Origin: Candidatus Latescibacterota bacterium
GTDB lineage: Bacteria > Latescibacterota > UBA2968 > UBA8231
Length of the DNA stretch: 64,000 nucleotides
Direction of reading: 5' to 3'
Assembly: GCA_965261395.1 (NCBI GenBank)
Contig: OZ253462.1
Coordinates: 4,288,001 to 4,352,000 of the forward strand
Within the stretch, counting starts at the first letter, position 1, and each line of letters starts with the position of its first letter. The notes below the pieces were generated by a model. The model did not search any database. It was not told where the DNA came from and saw only the letters and a program-made list of their open reading frames with translations. The translations under genes and the position numbers were made by a program. Positions 20,203 through 29,746 of the stretch are shown one piece after another.

Positions 20203-22320
20203 TTACTGCTCCAAATCCACCACCCAATCCGCAGCCGCCCTCACCGTTGGATGCTGGTCGGCGACGACAACGGTGCCCCCCCGATCCACCAGCCCTCGCA
20301 AGGCCGCAACCATCGCGTGCACATCTTCTGGGTGGTCGCCGCTGGCCGGATCGTCGATCAGCACCCAAGTGCGCTGGGAAACCCGCGTCGATTCGAGCGC
20401 CAGCCGCAGCCGCAACCACTCTCCCCGCTCCAACCCCAGCACCTCCTGCCCCAAAAGCAGATAGCCAAGACCGCAGCCGACAGCCGCCTCTAGGCGCGGG
20501 CGGATTGGGTCGTGTCGGGCAAAGTGGGTACATGCCTGTTCCAAGGTCATGCTCAATACATCGGCGATGCTCGCGCCGCGCAGGGTCACCTCGCAGGTTT
20601 CGTCGCGGTATCGGCGGCCCTCACAAGCGGCGCACACCAGCGCTATATCCTCCAGAAACTCCAAATCGAAGTAGCATTGGCCGCGGCCTTCGCAGCTAGG
20701 ACAACGGCCTCCCGGTCGATCCAACAGGAAGGTGTCCCGGTCCCAGCCGCGCGCTGCTGCGGCCGGCGATGCGGCGTACAGATCGGCAACGCGCTCGAAA
20801 AGGCCCAGCCCCTCCAAAACCGTAGCCTTGCCGCTTGGGGCTTCTATCGTTACAACGCGGCTGTTTCTCGGCATGCCTGCAGCGGCGTATTCGACAGACC
20901 GTCCCTTGAGCAGTGGCAGCAAGACCTCGTGCAGCAGGCGGGTCTTGCCGCTGCCGGAAGGCCCGCATACGCAAGTCAGCTTCCCGTGCGGCAGCTCGAT
21001 AGCAAGTGGCCCGACTGCACCACTCCCGCGAATAGCCAACACCAGCTTAGCTTGCTCGGCGGCCCGTTTCTCATCCACTCTATCTCGCTTTATCGCGGTC
21101 GCCTCCCCCACCTGCACCTGTCCTTCTGCAAACGCCCAGACCTTGTCTGCGACCGCCACGAGTTCAGGCGTGTGATCCAACAACAGCGCAGTATTGCCGC
21201 CAGCGACCAGCCGGCGGAGACCCGCTGCGACCGCGTCCAGCATCCCTCCTGACAACTGGCTGCCCAAACCCTCCAAAATGTAGAGGATGCCCGTCAGGCC
21301 GCCGCTGAGACAGGACGCCAATTGCAGGCGCTGCCACTCGCCAGCCGCCAGCGATTCGAGCTGGCGACTCAACGGCAGGTGCCCCAGCCCCAAGCCGCTG
21401 GCTTCGGCAAGTGCGGACTCTACTTTGGCGTGCCCCTGGCCTATTTCCAGCCAATCGCCCAACGACCCGAGGGGCGCGGCCATTAGCTCGTCCATGGTCC
21501 GGCCGTGCAGGGTCACCTGACTGGCCAAGGGCTGGCCAGCACCGAAGTCGGCGGCGGCCAGCGGCTCGTATTGGCGGCCGCATTCGCCGCAGGTCGGCTG
21601 CTGGTTCAAGTGCATCATCTCGCTGGTCCCATCCACCCAAACCACTGTCTGCCCCGATGAAATCGAGCGGCTCACGCGCACGGCTTCCAAAAAGCGCACG
21701 CTGGCTTTCGGGTCGGGCACCAAGCGGTCCACTACCACGTGGACCTCGCTTTCGCTACTCGGCAACGCTGGCCCGTCGCCTTCCAACCGCTGGATCTGGC
21801 CGTCGATTGCAATTCGCGTGAACCCGGCCTGCACGAGCTGTTGCCACATCCCGGCGCTCCGCAGGGCCAGAGGAGCCAACACCAAACAGCGAGTGTCTGG
21901 ATGGACGCGGGCGACCTCGCGCTCTACCTCATCGGCCGCATAGCTGCGGCAGCGGCCATCGCATTCGGGGCAGTGCATCTGTCCGCCTTCCAGCATGATC
22001 TGCGCCAAAATCCCGTCTAGCTGCAAGTAGTCCCCGACCGTGCGCCCACGGCGTGGTGCCCCTAGGTAAATGGCCGGCGGTAAACCCGAGACCTCGTCCA
22101 CATCGGCGCGCGCCGTCCCGCTGACGCCCTCGCGTTCGGCCGGAGACAGGGCCTGCATGTAGCGCCGGCGGCTCTCCGCGTACAGGATGTCTAAAGCCAT
22201 GGCGCGGCGACCACTGCTACTGCGGCCGGTAAAGCAAATAACCCGGCCCAATGGCAAGTCCATATCGACATTGGCGAGACCGCCCGCCCGGGCACCGCGC
22301 ACGCAGAGGGTAGCTTTCAA
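20203..22320 (-). CDS. Shortened, degenerate UvrA-like ABC ATPase
   Basis: VRGARAGGLANV, LYAESRRRY, zinc fingers CPEC/CGEC and CPSC/CAAC, second Walker A GPSGSGKT; other ABC motifs degenerate. Confidence 0.85.
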   Translation of the reverse strand: MKATLCVRGARAGGLANVDMDLPLGRVICFTGRSSSGRRAMALDILYAESRRRYMQALSPAEREGVSGTARADVDEVSGLPPAIYLGAPRRGRTVGDYLQLDGILAQIMLEGGQMHCPECDGRCRSYAADEVEREVARVHPDTRCLVLAPLALRSAGMWQQLVQAGFTRIAIDGQIQRLEGDGPALPSSESEVHVVVDRLVPDPKASVRFLEAVRVSRSISSGQTVVWVDGTSEMMHLNQQPTCGECGRQYEPLAAADFGAGQPLASQVTLHGRTMDELMAAPLGSLGDWLEIGQGHAKVESALAEASGLGLGHLPLSRQLESLAAGEWQRLQLASCLSGGLTGILYILEGLGSQLSGGMLDAVAAGLRRLVAGGNTALLLDHTPELVAVADKVWAFAEGQVQVGEATAIKRDRVDEKRAAEQAKLVLAIRGSGAVGPLAIELPHGKLTCVCGPSGSGKTRLLHEVLLPLLKGRSVEYAAAGMPRNSRVVTIEAPSGKATVLEGLGLFERVADLYAASPAAAARGWDRDTFLLDRPGGRCPSCEGRGQCYFDLEFLEDIALVCAACEGRRYRDETCEVTLRGASIADVLSMTLEQACTHFARHDPIRPRLEAAVGCGLGYLLLGQEVLGLERGEWLRLRLALESTRVSQRTWVLIDDPASGDHPEDVHAMVAALRGLVDRGGTVVVADQHPTVRAAADWVVDLEQ

Positions 22321-24257
22321 GGGTTGGCCTGCCTCATGGAATCGATTTTCGCCTGCAAGCGCGCGTCATCGGGGTTTCGCGCGCGCAAAAATGCCCAGTG
22401 GGCTTCTGCTGCGCGGGGACGCCCCAAGCGCAACAGTACTTCCCCACGCCGATAGTGAGCTTGGCCGTGATTGGGGTCGAATTCGAGTGCCCGAGCAAAG
22501 GCATCCGCCGCGGCTTGGTCGTCTGCTTGCTTGGCGTGTACCAAGCCGAGGTTGAAATGCGCTCGGGCGTAGCTGGCGTCGAGCGCGAGGGCCTTGTGGA
22601 AGTGCGCGGCAGCCTCGCTCCATTGACCGAGGCGATAGTAGCACAGGCCGAGGTTGTTGTACAGGCCGGGCGAGGGCCGGGCGAGGCTAAAAGCCGCAAT
22701 CGCCGCCTCGTACTCCCCCTCGCCGAAGAGATCTAACCCTCGTCTGATGTCCGAGTCGCCGCCTTCTTGCTGTGCCAACACGGCTGTTAGGCCGGCGGCG
22801 GCGGGCGCAAAGGACGGGTCAATGCGCAGGGCCTCGCGGAACATGTTCTCGGCCGCCGCCCAATCCCCTCGGCGTTGGTACAAGGTGCCGAAATTGTAGT
22901 AATCGACCCGTTTACGAGTCAGCCGCTCCGCCCCGGCGTCCCGGTAATTAATCGGCAGCGCGACTAGGGCCACCAACAGGCACGACCCCAGCAGCCGGCG
23001 ATGCGCCCCATCTTTCACCCAAGCCGCGGCCTTGGCCATCCAGCAAGCGGCGTAAAGCAGAATCACCGGCACGACGGGCAGGCGGTATTCCGAGGACGTG
23101 AAAAACAGTAGGCAAGCGGCCAGATAGGTCGCCAGATACAGGTCAAGCAAGGACGAGCGGCGACTCGCAGCCCAACCCGCGATCGCCAGCGGGGCCACCA
23201 GCCCCCACCCCAAGACGCACCAGCGCAACAAGGGCACAAAATCCCGCGCCAAGTACAGACTCAGGTTGTTTTGCGCCTCGACCCCGTTCCAGAACATGTA
23301 GAGTTTGCGGCCTTGTAGCGCCAGATACGCGAGGGGATTTTCCACGGCAAAGCGCAAGCCAGCCACCAGCCAGAATCTGGAGACTTGAGCCGGGGTCAGT
23401 TCCCAGCCCGTGCGCGCCTCGGCCTCGCGGATAAACGCCTCGCGCTCCAAGTCCGGCTCGGCACTAGGCAGAAAATCGACCTGCGCGTAGATGCCGTTGG
23501 CCTCGGGGTGGTTGCCCACGTAGAAGTTCATCCCGGCCGAGGACGTGGTCAGCAGCCACTCTCCTCCGACGAGGTAGTTGCGCCAAGCCACCGCGCCCAC
23601 CACGAGGCCGCAGCCCACGACCACCAATCCCCACTGCCGCCAACCTCGCCGTCCCCACTGCGCGACAAACCAGCCCGCGACCACCGCGACGAATAGCAAG
23701 ACCATGGGCCGCGCCGTAGCCGAAAGTCCCAAGAGCAGGCCAGCCCCCCACAGCCAGCGTGCCGCACCTTGCGCGTGCACCAAGCAATACAAGGCCGCGA
23801 GATTCAAAAAGGTGATCGGCGCGGCGGTCAGCAGCGCCCCGTCGTAGAACACATAGGGCTGGTAGATCGCCGCCATGCCAGCGGCCAATAAGCCAATTTG
23901 CGCGCTCCACAGTTTCCGGCCCAGTGCGTAGATCAAATAGCAACTACCAGTCCCCAGTACCGCCTGAACCAAGCCAACCCACCAATATTCAGTCCCTAAC
24001 AGCGCGTAAATGGATGCCAAAAAGTAGGAGTAAAACGGATTCATAAAGAAAGGCTGGTCGCCCAGCCAATCGCCCGCGACAATGGCTCGGGCACGGCGGT
24101 CGTAGAACTCGGAGTCGATCAGGAGAACGTCGAAGAGCGGCGTGTCAACCGCTTGATAGAGATAGGCCAAGCGCACGCCGAGGGCGGCGATCAGGATCGC
24201 CCAGAGAATGGCTTCCTCTCGCCTCAGCCGCGCCGCGCCGATACCTATGGTCCGCAT
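22317..24257 (-). CDS. GT-C (ArnT/PMT-like) membrane glycosyltransferase with C-terminal TPR repeats
   Basis: Multiple TM helices, DSEFYD loop, P.YSYFLA, ARP, NFYVGN, YRLP; TPRs (YNNLGLCY, AHFNLG). Confidence 0.88.
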   Translation of the reverse strand: MRTIGIGAARLRREEAILWAILIAALGVRLAYLYQAVDTPLFDVLLIDSEFYDRRARAIVAGDWLGDQPFFMNPFYSYFLASIYALLGTEYWWVGLVQAVLGTGSCYLIYALGRKLWSAQIGLLAAGMAAIYQPYVFYDGALLTAAPITFLNLAALYCLVHAQGAARWLWGAGLLLGLSATARPMVLLFVAVVAGWFVAQWGRRGWRQWGLVVVGCGLVVGAVAWRNYLVGGEWLLTTSSAGMNFYVGNHPEANGIYAQVDFLPSAEPDLEREAFIREAEARTGWELTPAQVSRFWLVAGLRFAVENPLAYLALQGRKLYMFWNGVEAQNNLSLYLARDFVPLLRWCVLGWGLVAPLAIAGWAASRRSSLLDLYLATYLAACLLFFTSSEYRLPVVPVILLYAACWMAKAAAWVKDGAHRRLLGSCLLVALVALPINYRDAGAERLTRKRVDYYNFGTLYQRRGDWAAAENMFREALRIDPSFAPAAAGLTAVLAQQEGGDSDIRRGLDLFGEGEYEAAIAAFSLARPSPGLYNNLGLCYYRLGQWSEAAAHFHKALALDASYARAHFNLGLVHAKQADDQAAADAFARALEFDPNHGQAHYRRGEVLLRLGRPRAAEAHWAFLRARNPDDARLQAKIDSMRQANP

Positions 24258-24373
24258 ACTACCAATATAGCCGGAACCTCCGGCGTTGGCATGGCTCCCG
24301 CTCCCTTGACCTAGCCGCTGCGCCGCCTCAAGCTATGGCCTTGTTCGCACCGCAAACAAAAGGCCCTGTTTAC

Positions 24374-27154
24374 ATGCGATTGTCCTGGAACGAGATTCGC
24401 GCCCGCGCCGCTACATTCGCCCAAGAGTGGCAGGACGCGGGCTACGAGAAGGGGCAGACTCAGCTTTTCTACCGCGACTTTTTCGATGTCTTCGGCGTGC
24501 CCGTGCGCCGGGTCGCCGCGTTTGAGGAACCCGTTAAACTGCTCGGTTCTAAGCGCGGCTTTATCGACCTGTTTTGGAAGGGCGTCCTGCTCGTCGAGCA
24601 GAAAAGTGTCGGTCGCGATCTCGCCAAAGCCAAGACCCAAGCTCTCTCCTACTTCCCCGGCCTCAAGGACGCCGACCTGCCGCGCTATATCCTCTTGAGC
24701 GACTTCGCGACGTTTGAGTTATACGACCTCGACGAAGACGAAAGCGTCGCCTTTGCTCTCGCCGACTTGCCCCAACACGTCGAAAAGTTCGGCTTCATCT
24801 TGGGCGTGCAGAAGCGGACCTTCCGCGATCAGGACCCGGTCAATATCGAGGCGTCCGAGCGCGTCGGCGATCTCCACGACGCGCTGGCGGCCTCCGGCTA
24901 CAAGGGCCACGACTTAGAGCAATTTCTCGTCCGCATCGTGTTCTGTTTCTTTGCCGACGACACCGGCATCTTCGAGCCACGCGACATTTTCCTCGATCTG
25001 TTGGAAAATCGGACGCGGGAAGATGGCTCCGATCTCGGCGGCTGGCTGGCTCAACTTTTTCAAGTGCTCAACACACCCGAGGACCGCCGAGCCAACACCC
25101 TCGACTCAGACCTCGCCCGCTTCCCCTATGTCAACGGCGACCTGTTCCGCGACCCGCTGCTGATTCCATCATTCGATTCCCAGATGCGTCAGCGGTTGAT
25201 TGACGCTTGCCATTTCAATTGGTCCGACATCTCTCCGGCGATCTTTGGCTCGCTCTTTCAGTCGGTGATGGACAAGAACGAGCGCCGCGCTCAGGGCGCG
25301 CACTACACCACCGAACAGAACATTCTCAAGGTCATTGAGCCGCTATTTCTCGACGAGTTGCGCGCAGAGTTCCGTCGTCTTCAGTCGCGCCGCGACAACC
25401 GCCGCATCCCCGAACTGATCGCCTTTCAGCAGCGGCTTGGCCAGTTGCGCTTTTTGGACCCGGCTTGTGGCTGCGGCAACTTCCTCATCATCGCCTATCG
25501 CGAGTTGCGGACGTTGGAAATCGAGGTGCTCAAAGAGATTCGTCCGCACGGCCAACTCGACGTCTTAGCCGAGCTGCTTTCGGTGGTCGATGTGGATCAG
25601 TTCTACGGCATTGAGTTAGGGGAATTTCCGGCGCACATCGCCGAGGTCGCCTTGTGGATGATGGATCACATTATGAACAACCGGCTGAGCTTGGAGTTCG
25701 GCCAGACGTACACGCGCATTCCGTTAGAGAAGTCCCCGCACATCCGACACGGCGATGCGCTGGAAACGGACTGGAGCGAGCTGCTGCCGCCGGAGGAATG
25801 TTCCCACGTGCTCGGCAATCCGCCGTTTGTGGGCGCGAAGTTCCAATCGCCCGAACAGCGCGCACAGGTGCGTCGCATCGCTGCGCTAGGCAAAAGCGGC
25901 GGCACGCTCGACTACGTAACCGCGTGGTTTCTCAAGGCTGGCGAATACGTGCAGCAGAGCGCGGCGCAAATCGGCTTTGTGGCGACCAATTCCATCACGC
26001 AGGGTGAACAAGTGGCGCAGCTTTGGCCGATCTTGTTTGACCGCTGCAAGCTGGACATCGCCTTTGCCCACCGGACTTTTGCTTGGGGATCGGACGCTCG
26101 CGGCATGGCGCACGTTCACGTCGTCATTATCGGACTGACTAAACGGGGCGATGCACCGCGAGAGAAGCGGCTGTTTTCCTACGACACGCCCAAAGGCGAT
26201 CCGCAAGAGAGCCAACACGCGGCCCTCTCGCCCTACCTGTTTGATGCTGGTGGGCTGGCCGATGCGCGAGTTGTCGTAAAGGAATCAGCCCAAGCGCTGA
26301 ATGGGCTGCCGCCCTTATTGAGCGGTTCGCAACCCATTGACGACAGGAACTACATTTTCGACGCTGACCAACGGGTCGCGTTTTTAATAGAAGAGCCAAC
26401 AGCCGAGAAGTTTATGCGCCCTTACATCGGCGCACGGGAGCACATTCAAGGTGGTGAACGCTGGATTTTGGCCCTTCAAGACGCTAGCCCGGCCGACCTC
26501 AAAGCGATGCCAAAAGTCGTTGAGCGGATGCGGGCCGTAAAGGCGTTCAGAGCGAAAAGCAAACGCAAGAGTACGCTCGCCATTGCCGACTATCCAGCGC
26601 AATACAATGTCAACGTCATTCCTACTGCGCCGTTTTTAGTCGTGCCAAAGGTCAGTTCTGAACGGCGGGAATATGTGCCGATTGGATGGCTGGAGCCGAC
26701 GACGATCCCAAGCGACCTTGTTTTCGTGCTGAATGATGCAACTAAACCCCTATTCACCCTACTCACCTCCGCCATGCACGTAAGCTGGCTGCGCTACATC
26801 GGCGGTCGGCTGAAAAGCGATTACCGCTACTCCATCGGCCTCGTGTACAACACCTTCCCTCTACCTCCCGTCCCCACAGAACGCCTACAACGCCTCGCGC
26901 TCCACGCCGACGCCGTCCTCGCCGCCCGCGCCAACCATCCCGACGCAACGCTGGCCAACCTCTACGATCCCATCCTCATGCCCGCCGACCTTCGCAAAGC
27001 ACACCAAGCCCTCGACCGCGCCGTCGATAGACTGTACCGCCGCAGCGGCTTCACCTCCGACCGCGAGCGCGTCGAACATCTATTTGGACTGTACGAAAAA
27101 ATGCTGGTGCCGCTGACGGCCAAGGCCAAGCCGAAACGGCGAAGGAGGGCGTAG
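24374..27154 (+). CDS. MmeI-like type IIL restriction-modification enzyme (fused endonuclease, m6A MTase and TRD)
   Basis: IDLFWKGVLLVEQKS nuclease motif, GAHYT, FLDPACGCGNF, GNPPF, FAHRTFAW, SSERREY, GGRLKSDYRYS. Confidence 0.95.
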   Translation: MRLSWNEIRARAATFAQEWQDAGYEKGQTQLFYRDFFDVFGVPVRRVAAFEEPVKLLGSKRGFIDLFWKGVLLVEQKSVGRDLAKAKTQALSYFPGLKDADLPRYILLSDFATFELYDLDEDESVAFALADLPQHVEKFGFILGVQKRTFRDQDPVNIEASERVGDLHDALAASGYKGHDLEQFLVRIVFCFFADDTGIFEPRDIFLDLLENRTREDGSDLGGWLAQLFQVLNTPEDRRANTLDSDLARFPYVNGDLFRDPLLIPSFDSQMRQRLIDACHFNWSDISPAIFGSLFQSVMDKNERRAQGAHYTTEQNILKVIEPLFLDELRAEFRRLQSRRDNRRIPELIAFQQRLGQLRFLDPACGCGNFLIIAYRELRTLEIEVLKEIRPHGQLDVLAELLSVVDVDQFYGIELGEFPAHIAEVALWMMDHIMNNRLSLEFGQTYTRIPLEKSPHIRHGDALETDWSELLPPEECSHVLGNPPFVGAKFQSPEQRAQVRRIAALGKSGGTLDYVTAWFLKAGEYVQQSAAQIGFVATNSITQGEQVAQLWPILFDRCKLDIAFAHRTFAWGSDARGMAHVHVVIIGLTKRGDAPREKRLFSYDTPKGDPQESQHAALSPYLFDAGGLADARVVVKESAQALNGLPPLLSGSQPIDDRNYIFDADQRVAFLIEEPTAEKFMRPYIGAREHIQGGERWILALQDASPADLKAMPKVVERMRAVKAFRAKSKRKSTLAIADYPAQYNVNVIPTAPFLVVPKVSSERREYVPIGWLEPTTIPSDLVFVLNDATKPLFTLLTSAMHVSWLRYIGGRLKSDYRYSIGLVYNTFPLPPVPTERLQRLALHADAVLAARANHPDATLANLYDPILMPADLRKAHQALDRAVDRLYRRSGFTSDRERVEHLFGLYEKMLVPLTAKAKPKRRRRA

Positions 27155-27182
27155 GGGAAAGGCTAGTGCCGAAGGTGACTTT

Positions 27183-27365
27183 TTAAGAGGTTATTCCCAG
27201 TTGTTGTTTGATCAATTTGCACAAACTTTCCTTAATCTCTCGATGTCTTGGCACTGGAGCCTGCTTACCATTTTGAATATTGGCATAAATATCATGCCTG
27301 CTGCCATGCCTTTTCAAGTAGCACCCTTCATCGGTCAGGTGTCTGATGAAGTCCCTCCGCTTCAA
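27183..27365 (-). CDS. hicA: HicA-family mRNase toxin
   Basis: MKRRDFIRHL...RHGSRHDIY...VPRHREI. Confidence 0.92.
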   Translation of the reverse strand: MKRRDFIRHLTDEGCYLKRHGSRHDIYANIQNGKQAPVPRHREIKESLCKLIKQQLGITS

Positions 27366-27571
27366 GGTACTTCCATATTTATATCGATTGAACTGTATTC
27401 TTCTACAGGTACCGGCATAGCCTCTTGTGCCATGAGCTGGTAGGCGTCTTTGATATTCACTTTCAACTCTTCTAAACTTTCCCCTTGGCTGAACACTCCA
27501 GGAACTTCACGGAGCTTCCCAACGTACCAACCATCATCTACCCAAAAATCCAAGGTAAAACTTCTAAACAT
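27362..27571 (-). CDS. hicB: Short HicB-family antitoxin
   Basis: DGWYVG...VPGVFSQGESLEEL..NIKDA; ATGA overlap with hicA. Confidence 0.9.
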   Translation of the reverse strand: MFRSFTLDFWVDDGWYVGKLREVPGVFSQGESLEELKVNIKDAYQLMAQEAMPVPVEEYSSIDINMEVP

Positions 27572-27691
27572 ATCCCTGTCCTCTCTTACGATGCACTTAC
27601 AAATTCTATAAACGTGAAGGCGATCACTCTCAGATGTTCAAATAAGCTAAGAGAGATGTCAAGCTACAACTTCCTCAGTTGCAACGCGGAG

Positions 27692-29743
27692 TCACCGCTG
27701 CACAACCCAATAGTGAAACGAAACAATCGGCCGCAAATCGCCGCCAAAGTGGATCGGCTGCGTCTCAATCTCGACGCGGCTGCTCACATCCGAGGCCGCT
27801 ATCTGGCCGACGGCTAGTTCGAGCCACTGACGGCCCCGCCCCCCCGGCAGCTCCACATTGGCGATCTTCTTTCCATTAGCTACCACCGCAAAGTGCTGAG
27901 CGATACCCGTAACCGTGCGCATGATCACAGCCGCCGGTTGGCCAGCATTCAGCGCCACCTCGATCCGCTCACCCCCCGTTACCGTCCGGCCCCCGTCGAT
28001 GTACACAGCTTGGGGATCATCGGCAGCACTCAGCGCCAGCAACAGATTCGCCTCCCCGCTACCAGGAACCCACACCTTGGATTGGTAGCCGTGCCGACGT
28101 TCGCTTTCCAGATCGGCCACATCCACTTTATCAACCACTCGCCAGCCTTCCTCTAAGAGCGTCCGGTTGCGGATGGCTTCGCCGCTGAGACTAGCGGCCC
28201 AGTTCGCCTGATACAACACCTTCTCCGCATCTATAATCGATGGCTCAAAGACGCGGATGCGGTGCAGCGGCTGCAAGAAGATCCCTTCGGGAAAATTGAA
28301 CCAATTAGGAAAAATGGCGAAATACTGCGGGCGCTGGTCCGGCGGCATGGCTTCCAAGCGCTCGAATAGCGATCCGCTCCCGTGTCGCCAAGGCGCGCTA
28401 TTCCCAGCCGTGGTCAACCCAACTAAGTCGATGGTTTGGCGGCGACTGAAGTAGCGCAGGGCACCGGCGTCGTTGACGGCGATGCGCGCGTCAGGCGGCA
28501 ACTCGGCGTCGATAAAGCGCGCCATCTCGACCTGCTGGTTGCGGATATCGCTGCAATTTTCCCCGTACGCCACCGCGAAGAACCCCACCGACATCAACCC
28601 CCACAAGCCGAAAAAGCAAGCCAATCCCCGCGCCAGCTTGCGGCCCCACTCTCCCCCAGCCTCATCCAAGCGCCCCAAGCCCAAGGCGGCAAAGAGAATG
28701 TAGAGCGGCAAGAAGGGCTGCTGATAGCGGTTGAAGTGGGCGTCGTATTCGACGAGGGTGCAGGTTAGGAGAACGCCGCCGACAAACCACGCCCCACCCA
28801 ATGCCGCCACCCCGAGCTTCCGCTCGGACAGCTCGCTCCAGAGCCGATAGCTTAGCTCGGCTAAAAAGAAGAGCGCGATAAACGGGGCAAACACCATGCG
28901 GCGATAGTTGCCGTCATACGCGTATAAATTGACGCTGGTCTGATGCCCAAGCGACCCGGTGAGGATCCCTTTGACAAATTCGGCGAAGTCGAAAAAGACG
29001 GCGCGGATCTGCTCGGGCAATGAGCCGTGCGGTTGGGCAAAGCGCCATTTAGCCTCGACCCCAGACGCCCCGGCCTCCCCCGTACACCAAGCCAGCAGCA
29101 GGGCCTGGAGCACGTACGCCCCCAAGGGCATCCCCCACTGCCAGTTCAACGCCCGGCGATAGGCGACTAGCGCCGCCAGCAGCAGCAAGACCAAGGCGAT
29201 CCCCTCGGGCCGCGCCAACGCCAGCAAGGCCGCCGCCAGCGGAGTGCGCCGATCTTCCGTTAGGTACAGATACAGGGTCAGCAAGATAGAGAAGGCAAAG
29301 AGGCCGATCGCCATGCCGCTGTAGTAGCCCCACAGCAGCGGGCCGCATAACAGAAACATCAACGCAGCCACCCAGCCGCTGAACGGGCCGCCTAATCTGC
29401 GGCCCAGCAGCAGGAGCAGCCGCGCGCTCAACCCGAGCCACACAGCCCCCAACGCTAACGCGTACAGCGCAATCCCCATCCCATCCAGCCCCAACCAAAA
29501 GACCGGCACCAGCAGCAAGGTGTACAGCAGGCTAGTCGCGCCGGCCGTTGGCTCAGCGCCGGTATTGTATTCGAGGAAGTGCCCTTGGGCTGCTTGCCGC
29601 GCGTATTGGAAATAGATAAAGGAATCGTCCAGCGGCAGGGCCAAACGGCCGCCGGTGTGGTAGAGCATGGAGGCCGCAAAGAGCAAAAGCCACAAAAGGG
29701 TCACGCCCCAAAGGATGGCCCTCTCTCGTCGAATTGCGTTCAT
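27692..29743 (-). CDS. Polytopic GT-C-like membrane glycosyltransferase
   Basis: LDDSFIYFQYA, GATSLLY, ARPEG, RYQQPF, DAGAL, DLVGL. Confidence 0.8.
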   Translation of the reverse strand: MNAIRRERAILWGVTLLWLLLFAASMLYHTGGRLALPLDDSFIYFQYARQAAQGHFLEYNTGAEPTAGATSLLYTLLLVPVFWLGLDGMGIALYALALGAVWLGLSARLLLLLGRRLGGPFSGWVAALMFLLCGPLLWGYYSGMAIGLFAFSILLTLYLYLTEDRRTPLAAALLALARPEGIALVLLLLAALVAYRRALNWQWGMPLGAYVLQALLLAWCTGEAGASGVEAKWRFAQPHGSLPEQIRAVFFDFAEFVKGILTGSLGHQTSVNLYAYDGNYRRMVFAPFIALFFLAELSYRLWSELSERKLGVAALGGAWFVGGVLLTCTLVEYDAHFNRYQQPFLPLYILFAALGLGRLDEAGGEWGRKLARGLACFFGLWGLMSVGFFAVAYGENCSDIRNQQVEMARFIDAELPPDARIAVNDAGALRYFSRRQTIDLVGLTTAGNSAPWRHGSGSLFERLEAMPPDQRPQYFAIFPNWFNFPEGIFLQPLHRIRVFEPSIIDAEKVLYQANWAASLSGEAIRNRTLLEEGWRVVDKVDVADLESERRHGYQSKVWVPGSGEANLLLALSAADDPQAVYIDGGRTVTGGERIEVALNAGQPAAVIMRTVTGIAQHFAVVANGKKIANVELPGGRGRQWLELAVGQIAASDVSSRVEIETQPIHFGGDLRPIVSFHYWVVQR

Positions 29744-29746
29744 CCC

